From: Lentisphaeria bacterium
Lineage (GTDB): Bacteria; Verrucomicrobiota; Lentisphaeria; Oligosphaerales; JBFJXC01
Direction: 5' to 3'
Length of the DNA stretch: 44,685 bases
Assembly: GCA_041623325.1 (NCBI GenBank)
Contig: JBFJXC010000002.1
Location: 1-44,685 of the forward strand
The notes below the pieces were generated by a model, which saw nothing but the letters and a program-made list of their open reading frames with translations, did no database searches and had not been told where the DNA came from. The translations under genes were made by a program, and so were the position numbers. How positions within the stretch are numbered: position 1 is the first letter of the stretch; every line of letters starts with the position of its first letter. Positions 17,656-26,019 of the stretch are shown piece after piece.

Positions 17656-19056
17656 TCAGTTCAGCTGGTATTGCTTGCCTGCCTCGACCACTTTGACCGA
17701 GCGGACCCCTGCCTTCAGCAAAACCTGTTGCAGATTGGCGAGTGCGTCCACCTCGCCGTGCACCAGGTAGACACATTTCAGACGGTCCAAATCCAACTGC
17801 CCGACATAGGCCCGGATATCTTCGTAGTCCGCGTGGGCGCTGAAGGTGTTCAATATCTTCACCCTGGCCTTGAGGGGATACTCATTTCCAAAGATCTTGA
17901 CCGTCGGCTTGCGGTCGGCCAGAGCCCGGCCCAGGGTGTTTTCGGCCATGTAGCCGACAATCAAAATCGTATTGGCCGCTTCGGCTACATTGTTCTTGAG
18001 GTGATGGAGAATGCGGCCGGCCTCGCACATGCCGCTGGCCGAGATAATAATGCAGGGCTCGGAGCGCTCGTTTAGCGCTTTGGACTGACTAAGGTCGGTC
18101 ACATAGTGCAGCTTCTCAAAGCCGAACGGGTTCAGATGATGGTCGATGAACCCCTGCATGACCTTCTCATTGTAGCACTCTTGATGGACTCGGAAGATAC
18201 TGGTGGCATTGACAGCCATGGGACTGTCTACGAAAATGTCCACATCGGGAATTTTGTTGTCATCCTTGAGCAGATGCAAAAAGTAGATCAACTCCTGGGT
18301 GCGCCCCACGGCAAAGGCCGGAATGATCACCTTGCCACCCCGGTGGATGGTTTCCCGGATGACTTCCCCGAGCTGGTAACGGGCCGCCGAAATCGGGTCG
18401 TGAAGACGATTGCCGTACGTCCCCTCGCAAATCAGATAGTCAAGGGGGGGCAGCACATCGGGAGGCGAAACGATCGGCATGCCTGGCCGGCCCAGGTCTC
18501 CCGTGAAGGCCACCCGGCGGCTCTCCCCGTTCAGGCGAATGTCCAGCTGAACGAGAGAAGATCCCAAGATGTGTCCGGCGTTGAGAAACTGGCAGCTAAT
18601 GCCATCGGCAACCGGAAAGGGCCGATGGTAACTCAGGGTGATAAACCGTCCCAGGGCGGCCAGCACATCCCGCTGATCGAAGAGAGGCGGATACGCGAAC
18701 TTGCCGGTCTCGTTCCGCTGTATGTACTCATAGTCCCGGGCCATGATGAAGGCCGTGTCGGTCATGATCAGGTTGGCGATGTCCCGGGTGGCGGTGGTGC
18801 TGTAGATGTTTCCTTCGTAGCCCTGCTTGACCAGCATTGGCAGATTACCGCAATGATCGCAATGCCCGTGGCTGAGAATGGTCGCCTCGATGCTGGCCGG
18901 TTCAAAGGGAAACTGGCAATTCTTTTCGTAGGATTCGGCTCGGCGCCCCTGAAACAAGCCGCAGTCCAACAAAATGCGCTTGCCGTTGATCTGAAAGAGG
19001 TGCTTGGATCCCGTGACTTCTTCCGCAGCCCCGAAGGACTGAAACGACAGTTGCAT
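17656..19056 (-). CDS. MBL-fold beta-CASP ribonuclease (YSH1/TTHA0252-like)
   Basis: GAAEEVTGS, DCGLFQG, SHGHCDH, AGHILGS, EGTYG, SASGM, FSAHAD and VHGE. GGAGG SD before ATG 19056. Confidence 0.93.
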   Translation of the reverse strand: MQLSFQSFGAAEEVTGSKHLFQINGKRILLDCGLFQGRRAESYEKNCQFPFEPASIEATILSHGHCDHCGNLPMLVKQGYEGNIYSTTATRDIANLIMTDTAFIMARDYEYIQRNETGKFAYPPLFDQRDVLAALGRFITLSYHRPFPVADGISCQFLNAGHILGSSLVQLDIRLNGESRRVAFTGDLGRPGMPIVSPPDVLPPLDYLICEGTYGNRLHDPISAARYQLGEVIRETIHRGGKVIIPAFAVGRTQELIYFLHLLKDDNKIPDVDIFVDSPMAVNATSIFRVHQECYNEKVMQGFIDHHLNPFGFEKLHYVTDLSQSKALNERSEPCIIISASGMCEAGRILHHLKNNVAEAANTILIVGYMAENTLGRALADRKPTVKIFGNEYPLKARVKILNTFSAHADYEDIRAYVGQLDLDRLKCVYLVHGEVDALANLQQVLLKAGVRSVKVVEAGKQYQLN

Positions 19057-19166
19057 ATCCGGCCTCCATTCCAGGCCAGGCCCCGCGCCCGGCCCTAGAA
19101 TGAAGGTAGGTGAAAGGACTATAAATGGCAAGGGGGGCGGGCCATTTGTCCGCCTCCGTCTGACGT

Positions 19167-21269
19167 CTACAGATCCTCGCCGCGCAGCCAATCCAGCATT
19201 TCGGGAGAAAGCGCCTTGATCTCGGCGACGGTGGCCTCCACTCCCGACGGCATGGACAGGGTGGCGCCCTGGCTACAGCCAATGAGCAAGCGTCCCAGTG
19301 GGGCATCGTAGGAAATCATATTGTGCTCCGGGTTGCTGTCCCACAGCCCCAGCACGTGCATCAGGCGCTGCTCGCCATCCTCCTGGCGCAGAAGCACGGA
19401 ACAACCAGGCGTGACGGTGATCGGCTGGCCGACGTCGCCGAAGTCCGTGCCTCGAATCTCGTGCAGCGCCTCCTCGAGTTCGCCGCGCCGGGCACCAAGC
19501 AGGCTCTGCTCCTCCTTGGCCGCCTTGTATTCGGCATTCTCACGCAGATCCCCATAGCTGCGGGCGTGGGCGATCGCCCGGCTGTTGGCCGGAATCTTGA
19601 CGTTGATGATCTCCTCCAACTCTTGGCGGCGGATCTCGTAGCTGCGCATGGAGGTCAACTTCGGCAGCGCTTTGCGCGTCACCTTTTTCGACTTCTTCTC
19701 CACCAGGGCGCGGGCGTGAGGATATAGACGGACTAAGCGCACCAGCAGACTTTGTTGTTCGCCGTTGCTGAGCAACGGCATGCCGCGGGTGCAACGGACC
19801 AGCGAGGCAATGGCGTTTTCGTCGCCGTCCTTGACGATGAATCGCTGAAAGTCCTTCTCCTCCAAGAGGCACTTCTTCAGATCATGGTGGGCCTTCAGAA
19901 AAGAACCGGCCACCGGCTTGGCCAAGGTTTTGAAAATCAACTGATGGTCGGTCAGGACATCGCGTTCATCGCGCCCGCTCTTCCACAGCCACATAAGGCC
20001 GTCCGAACGAATATGGCCGCCATCAATCTCGGTCAGGACCGCCCGGACCAAGGTTTCCACCGCCCCTTCCACGTTGGCCAGAACCCGCTCCACCCCCGTC
20101 CAGAGACGCAGGGGCAGCTGAGTGACCATCGAGGCCATCCTCTCCTGGCCAACCGTATCCAGAGTGGCAGCGTACCAGAACGGCTGCAGGCGCCCCGGCA
20201 TGCGGTCGCAAACCCAGGCAAACAGCTCACGGTCGTGCCAGTAGATGTTCTCGGGCTCCACCTGCCTCATGGCCTCCGGCAACCACTCGCTTTTGGAGGC
20301 CAGTTTCCAAAGCAGCGCAACCGACTGGCAGAAATTCTCGCCATGGTCCGTCCGGCCAGCGGCCATCGCCCAGATCCTGGACAGGTTTTCCACATCCCCT
20401 TCCAGACACTCCAACTCTTTCATGTCGCGAAGCAGTTCAGTCAATTCGGTTATGCTTCTAGCCTCACCCCAGCGCCTGCCGGTTTCTTCCTCGGCAACCG
20501 CAACCAGCGGACCCTTTCCCGCCAGACAGGTTTTGACCGCCTCCTCCTCGGCAATCTGGCCACCCAGGATCGCCATCAGGACCTCTTCCTGATTGGTCGA
20601 TGCCATGACAAGCGATTGGCGCAACCGGTCGGCCGCGTCGGAACTGGCAGCCAGGGCGTCCCAAGCCAGGGTTTTGTCAAGAAGCTTGGCCAAGGCCGAA
20701 TCCGGCAAGACCAGGCCAACCGTATTCAACGCCGTGTCCAAGGCCATCTCCAAAGGGCGATCCGAATCGAAACGCACCTCATTGAAAATGCCATCGATCT
20801 CCACCACGGTCAGCACCCCACGCCCCGAAATCCAGCAACGGCTCCCCTCCTTCAGCTCGGAAAACAGCTTCAGGCGCCGCGAAATGGTCACCATATCGGA
20901 ATCCTGATCGTGAATTCCCAAGGCCGCAATCATGCCGGCCGGATCCATGTAGTCGGCGAACTGCCGCCGCACCAGAGCGGCCACCTGGTCGCGGAGGCAC
21001 TGGGTATCCAGACCCACGCGCATGGCCCGCCCCACAAAATCCAGCTCAGCATCGCTGAGATTGGCACGGTCGAAAATTTCCAGAACCAGGTCGAGACCGG
21101 ACTGCCAGCTATTGCGGACCTTGACCGGCCAGGTCGGGAAGGACTCCGCCGCGGCCGAATCCATGGCGGCGGCCAGAAGCGCCCGGCTCTCGGGGTTGCC
21201 TTCGGCCGCTTCCATGAAGTGTTCTTCCAGGGTCGGCAAATCCTTCCAGAGCATAATCTCGTTGGTCAT
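19167..21269 (-). CDS. greA: GreA-family transcription elongation factor with a long N-terminal extension
   Basis: C-terminal IPANSRAIAHARSYGDLRENAEYKAAKE, LGLWDSNP and ISYDAPLG, preceded by about 540 extra residues. Confidence 0.88.
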   Translation of the reverse strand: MTNEIMLWKDLPTLEEHFMEAAEGNPESRALLAAAMDSAAAESFPTWPVKVRNSWQSGLDLVLEIFDRANLSDAELDFVGRAMRVGLDTQCLRDQVAALVRRQFADYMDPAGMIAALGIHDQDSDMVTISRRLKLFSELKEGSRCWISGRGVLTVVEIDGIFNEVRFDSDRPLEMALDTALNTVGLVLPDSALAKLLDKTLAWDALAASSDAADRLRQSLVMASTNQEEVLMAILGGQIAEEEAVKTCLAGKGPLVAVAEEETGRRWGEARSITELTELLRDMKELECLEGDVENLSRIWAMAAGRTDHGENFCQSVALLWKLASKSEWLPEAMRQVEPENIYWHDRELFAWVCDRMPGRLQPFWYAATLDTVGQERMASMVTQLPLRLWTGVERVLANVEGAVETLVRAVLTEIDGGHIRSDGLMWLWKSGRDERDVLTDHQLIFKTLAKPVAGSFLKAHHDLKKCLLEEKDFQRFIVKDGDENAIASLVRCTRGMPLLSNGEQQSLLVRLVRLYPHARALVEKKSKKVTRKALPKLTSMRSYEIRRQELEEIINVKIPANSRAIAHARSYGDLRENAEYKAAKEEQSLLGARRGELEEALHEIRGTDFGDVGQPITVTPGCSVLLRQEDGEQRLMHVLGLWDSNPEHNMISYDAPLGRLLIGCSQGATLSMPSGVEATVAEIKALSPEMLDWLRGEDL

Positions 21270-21487
21270 GGTCAATTCCAGTTGATTTCCAGGGCAGTGC
21301 AATCATGGGCAAAAGTTGGGTAAGCTAAGCCGCCACCAGGCTTTTTCAACCGTGGGGGATATTCCGGCAGCCCCACTGGCAAGATTGCCTCAGCCATGTA
21401 CATTGCGGACTTGTTTTTAAATGCAGGGGGGTTTGCCGCCCTGCTTGGTTGCCAATCGTGCCCAAACTTAGAAACGGATCGAAAACT

Positions 21488-21811
21488 ATGCTAAACGCCG
21501 TTATCCCAATGGCCGCCGCACAGCCAGCCGCCACGGGGCCCCAGGGGCTCATCGCCCAGTTCTTCCCCTTCATCATCATCTTTGCGATCATGTACTTCCT
21601 CATGATCCGACCGCAGCAGAAAAAGGCCAAGGAGCACCAGGCCCTGCTGGGTCGACTCAAAGTGGGGGACAAGGTCATCACCAACGGCGGCATCCACGGG
21701 ACCATCTCCGGTGTTCAAGAGCGCACCGTCCGGGTGGAAATCGCCAACAAGGTGGAGATGACCTTGAACCGCGGCGCCATCGCCCAAGTCATCGAAACGG
21801 AAACCAAATAA
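21488..21811 (+). CDS. yajC: Preprotein translocase subunit YajC
   Basis: IMYFLMIRPQQKK and LKVGDKVITNGGIHG; lies directly upstream of secDF. Confidence 0.96.
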   Translation: MLNAVIPMAAAQPAATGPQGLIAQFFPFIIIFAIMYFLMIRPQQKKAKEHQALLGRLKVGDKVITNGGIHGTISGVQERTVRVEIANKVEMTLNRGAIAQVIETETK

Positions 21812-21832
21812 CGGGGAAAGGAGTTCGGGAGG

Positions 21833-24502
21833 ATGAAGAAATCACTCATCTGGCGTTTTGTCATTACAGCGGTCATCCTGGGTGCTTGGCTGTATTCCAT
21901 GTTCCCGTTGAAGGACCAGGAGTTTGTGACCACCTTCGAAACGCTGGCCGCCGCCAAGGTCGCCAAGCTGCGGGCGGCCCAACTTCAGACCGCGGATCAG
22001 GTCAAGGCCCTCGAAGAACGTCTGACCGGCATCGAAGATAAAGCCAGCCAGGCCTACAAAAACCTCGAGACCGAGCTGGCCGCCGCCAATACCGCCGCGG
22101 CCGCGGCCGCCAAGCCTGTGGCCGACTACGAGGCCCTGACGACCACCGCCCAAAAGCTTCTGGCCGACAACCCGACCCTGGCCCCCTACTTGGCCTACAA
22201 GCAGGCCGCCCGGGGCGACGATACCCAGCTGCCGATCCGCCTGAACGAGTTCATCACGGTTCCCACCCAGCGCAACGCCTCCAACAACATGGTCCTCAGC
22301 CACGTCCGGGCCAAGAGCGCCGGCAAGCTGCGCCTTGGGCTGGACTTGCGCGGCGGCACCGAATTCATTATCGGGTTCGACAAGGACAAGCTGCCAAGCG
22401 GCAGAGAGGTGATCGATGTCCGCGACCAGATCATCGAGATTCTCCGCAACCGCGTCGACGTCATGGGCGTGGTCGAACCTGAGATCAAGCCTGTGGGCCC
22501 CACCTCCATCTCCCTGCGCATGCCCAGCGTCAGCGAAGATGACAAGGCCGACATCCGCCGCACCATCACCGAGGCGGCCACCCTGCATTTCTATCTGGTC
22601 CACGAAAACAGCGACCAGCTGGCCGCCTCTTTCCGCGCCGACCCCAAGGCGTTCAAAGCCCCTTCCGGCTACACGATGCGGGAGGTCGAGCATGAGCGCA
22701 ACGGCGAAGTCTCCACTGAAATCCTCTTCGTGAAAAGCAAGGCCGAAGATCTCAAGGGCGAACAGGTCGCCAATGCCTACGCCACCTTTGACGAACTTGG
22801 CAACTATGCGGTCAGCCTGGAGTTTGACTCCCGGGGTGCCCAGCGCTTCGCCGCCATCACCTCCGCCAACGTCAACCGGCGACTGGCCATCGCCCTGGAC
22901 GAAAAAGTCTACAGCGCTCCCAATATCCGCGAAGCCATCACCGGCGGACGCGCCCAGATCAGCGGCAACTTCAGTCCAGAGGAAGCCAGGCGGCTGGCCG
23001 GGGTCATCGAATCCGGCAATCTGCCCGTGAATATCAGCATCGACAGCGAATTCGGCACTGACCCGACCCTGGGGATCGATTCCATCAAAAGCGGCACCAA
23101 CGCGGCCATCTTCGGCCTCCTGGCCGTCCTGGTCTTCATGATTGTCTACTACCGGATCGCCGGCCTCATCGCGGTCAGCGCCCTGGCGGCCAACCTGCTG
23201 CTGGTTTTCGGCACCCTGACCTTGACCGGCGCCACCATCACGCTGCCCGGCATTGCCGGCGTGGTGCTGACCATCGGCATGGCCGTCGACGCCAACGTGC
23301 TGATCTTCGAGCGCATTCGCGAAGAGCTGCTCAACGGCAAGACCATCGGCAACGCCCTCAACTCGGGCTACAGCCGCGCCTTTATCACCATCATCGACTC
23401 CAACCTGACCACCCTGCTAACCGCCCTTATTCTCTACAAGTTCGGAACCGGGCCGGTGCGCGGTTTTGCCGTCACCCTGAGCATGGGCATCGTAGCCAGC
23501 ATGTTCACGGCCCTGTTTATGACCCGGGCCATATTCGATCTGCTCCTCTACAAAGGCTGGCTGCAGAAGCTGGGAATGGCCACGCTGTTCAAACGGCCGA
23601 ACGTTGACTTCCTCGGCGTTCGCCGTCTAGCCATGGGTGCCTCCATCCTGCTGATCGTGCTCTCCCTTGGCACCGCCCTCATCCGCGGCGGCGACGGCCT
23701 GAGCATCGATTTCACCGGCGGCACCGAGATCACCTACCGCAGTACTTCCGGAACCCTTCCGGAAGTCAAAGACATCCGGGAGAAGCTGGCACCAACCCGC
23801 TTCAGCAACAGCCGCATCGGCTACAAGTTCTCGGCCCAACAGGAAAGCCGCCTGTTGGAGCTGGTCATGCCGGAGTCCACCAACCAGACCGACTTCAATC
23901 CGGACGAGCTGACCGGGATCCTGCGGGCCGCCTATCCGGAAGCCAAGTTCGAGCACGCCCAGACCAACAGTGTCGGCGGCCTGGTGGGGGCGCAGTTCCA
24001 GAGCAAGGCCATTTGGGCGGCGGTTCTGGCGGCGATCGGCATCATTCTGTACATCTCCTTCCGCTTCGAGGTGGCCTACGGGGTGGCGGCGGTCATCGCC
24101 CTTCTGCACGACGTCATCATCGCCGGCGGCATCTACCTGCTCTGCGGCCGCCAGCTTTCGCTTCCGGTACTGGCCGCCCTGCTGACCATCATGGGTTACT
24201 CGCTGAACGACACCATCGTGGTCTTCGACCGCATCCGCGAGGATCTGACCCTGCACAAGAAGAAAACCTATCGCGAGATCATCAACCTGAGCATCAACCA
24301 GACGCTGTCGCGGACGGTGCTGACCTCCCTGACCACCCTCCTGGTCGTGGCCACCCTGTTCCTCTTCGGCGGCGGGGCCATCAACGACTTTGCCCTGGTG
24401 ATGCTGGCCGGCGTGGTCGTGGGCACCTACTCGTCCATCTTCATTGCCAGCGCGGTGGTCGCCTCCTGGCACAAGCGAGCGGCCCAGATCAAGGAAGCCT
24501 GA
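21833..24502 (+). CDS. secDF: Fused protein translocase SecDF
   Basis: LGLDLRGG, GMAVDANVLIFERIREE (SecD half), IDFTGG and GYSLNDTIVVFDRIRE (SecF half). Confidence 0.97.
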   Translation: MKKSLIWRFVITAVILGAWLYSMFPLKDQEFVTTFETLAAAKVAKLRAAQLQTADQVKALEERLTGIEDKASQAYKNLETELAAANTAAAAAAKPVADYEALTTTAQKLLADNPTLAPYLAYKQAARGDDTQLPIRLNEFITVPTQRNASNNMVLSHVRAKSAGKLRLGLDLRGGTEFIIGFDKDKLPSGREVIDVRDQIIEILRNRVDVMGVVEPEIKPVGPTSISLRMPSVSEDDKADIRRTITEAATLHFYLVHENSDQLAASFRADPKAFKAPSGYTMREVEHERNGEVSTEILFVKSKAEDLKGEQVANAYATFDELGNYAVSLEFDSRGAQRFAAITSANVNRRLAIALDEKVYSAPNIREAITGGRAQISGNFSPEEARRLAGVIESGNLPVNISIDSEFGTDPTLGIDSIKSGTNAAIFGLLAVLVFMIVYYRIAGLIAVSALAANLLLVFGTLTLTGATITLPGIAGVVLTIGMAVDANVLIFERIREELLNGKTIGNALNSGYSRAFITIIDSNLTTLLTALILYKFGTGPVRGFAVTLSMGIVASMFTALFMTRAIFDLLLYKGWLQKLGMATLFKRPNVDFLGVRRLAMGASILLIVLSLGTALIRGGDGLSIDFTGGTEITYRSTSGTLPEVKDIREKLAPTRFSNSRIGYKFSAQQESRLLELVMPESTNQTDFNPDELTGILRAAYPEAKFEHAQTNSVGGLVGAQFQSKAIWAAVLAAIGIILYISFRFEVAYGVAAVIALLHDVIIAGGIYLLCGRQLSLPVLAALLTIMGYSLNDTIVVFDRIREDLTLHKKKTYREIINLSINQTLSRTVLTSLTTLLVVATLFLFGGGAINDFALVMLAGVVVGTYSSIFIASAVVASWHKRAAQIKEA

Positions 24503-24525
24503 TCCCGGCTCTCTCCTAAATCATC

Positions 24526-24563
24526 AAGCCCGGCCATCCGTTCGGACGGCCGGGCTTCTTTTT
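24526..24563 (+). terminator. Intrinsic terminator after secDF
   Basis: AAGCCCGGCCATCCG-TT-CGGACGGCCGGGCTT followed by CTTTTT. Confidence 0.85.
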
Positions 24564-24615
24564 GGAATTGCGCCTCGGGCCAATAAGTTTCGCGGGCTGG
24601 ACAGTGTCGGCGGAC

Positions 24616-25791
24616 TCAGCCGCGAAAGCGGTCCATCAGGCGGAGCACCTGCTCCCGGACAAGGAAAAGAGCCTGTCGAAAATCCGCAAGCCGTTTCGGA
24701 TCCAGGGTTCCTTTGGCTCGGACCTTGGCCGCGGCGGCCACGGCCCCGTCGAAGTAGACCAAGGCCCGCTTGAGACAAGCGACAACGAACCCGGCTTCCA
24801 TGACCCCGTCGTAAGCCAATCCGTTCAGGGCCCCAGCCAATTTGATTCCCAGAGTCTGGGTTTCGAAAAGCATATCGTGCAAGTCCGCGTCACCATCCTG
24901 GCCGAGGAGCCCATGGTCCTGACAGTAGTGCCATAAGCCCATGGACAAGGCATGGGTCAAATCCACGAGCGGATGAACCACGCGCCCCTCGGCATTCAGA
25001 ATCCAATCCACGCCCTCGGTCAAAGGATTGGGTTGGGCCTCGGGCAAATCCGCCGGATTCATCGGATCCACCAGGCGGCCGTGGCTTCGGCTCTCCTGAT
25101 CCATGGCCTCTTCCAGCCAAATCCACCCCATCTCCCGGGCAATGATCCGATCCCGATCCGGTTCATCCATATACTGCTCAAGCAGCCTGGAAAACCGGTC
25201 GGCCCGAGCATCGGCCTCACGCAAATGCCTTTCCCAGGCAAATTCGTCCATCGACTCGCCACGATCCTGATCAGGCAGCCGGGCCGGTTTAAGGTTGTGC
25301 CGGCCCAACCAACTCTCCAACGCCCGGTGATTGGCATCCACCTGCCGGCCTTCTTCGTGCTTTGACATGCTCCAATAAGGCTCGGATATGATCAGCCGGA
25401 AATGGCTGGCCTCGATCACCACGCGTCCGTCACGACGGCTGAACCACTCGAGGTGCAGGCAATTCCCCCTGTGCTCCGGGACGGCTTTACCAGCCAGCCT
25501 CATCTCGTTTGCCTGTTTGAGAGAGACATCCAGCACCCGGATTTTGCGCGACGCGGTCATCTCCCCGGCCACTCCCCCTTGCATCCCATGCAGGTGGACA
25601 TTTTCCCCCATCTGCGGGTGGGGATTGTCAAAGCTGAGCTTGCAGCCAGCTACATCGCGCAGGCAGTTTCCGGTCAAAGACAATTCCACGGCTTCGTCGC
25701 GCCCGAGCAACCACAGGCGCCCCGAGATCCTTCCCTTGATCCGGTTGTCGATCTCCCCCTTGACAATGCTTTTGCCTAACCGCCAGGCCAC
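24616..25791 (-). CDS. Hypothetical protein
   Basis: 391-aa ORF filling the secDF-addB gap, with protein-like composition and a GTG start after a purine-rich SD. No function recognised. Confidence 0.75.
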   Translation of the reverse strand: MAWRLGKSIVKGEIDNRIKGRISGRLWLLGRDEAVELSLTGNCLRDVAGCKLSFDNPHPQMGENVHLHGMQGGVAGEMTASRKIRVLDVSLKQANEMRLAGKAVPEHRGNCLHLEWFSRRDGRVVIEASHFRLIISEPYWSMSKHEEGRQVDANHRALESWLGRHNLKPARLPDQDRGESMDEFAWERHLREADARADRFSRLLEQYMDEPDRDRIIAREMGWIWLEEAMDQESRSHGRLVDPMNPADLPEAQPNPLTEGVDWILNAEGRVVHPLVDLTHALSMGLWHYCQDHGLLGQDGDADLHDMLFETQTLGIKLAGALNGLAYDGVMEAGFVVACLKRALVYFDGAVAAAAKVRAKGTLDPKRLADFRQALFLVREQVLRLMDRFRG

Positions 25792-25991
25792 CTGTCCATC
25801 CCCTGTGCTACATATTTGCCTGTCCCGTCCCCCACCCGGGCCCTGACGTGCTAACCCGCCAGCCCTCTGTGGAACCAGTCCCTACTTGAACCTAAGACGC
25901 TTTGAAATAAATATCCACTGCCTTGAGCATTTGATTTCGGTCATTTCTCCGCAATCTTAGCCCCTCGAATAGTCGTCCGCAGTCCACCCCA

Positions 25992-26017
25992 CCTGAACCC
26001 CTGAACCCCTGAACCCC
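25992..26017 (+). repeat. Short tandem repeat (CCTGAACC)x3
   Basis: cctgaacc cctgaacc cctgaacc cc, ending 2 bp before the addB ATG. Confidence 0.8.
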
Positions 26018-26019
26018 GA

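Noticed and set aside
19752-21323. 523-aa plus-strand ORF opposite greA
   Set aside because: Antisense shadow with no recognisable domain.
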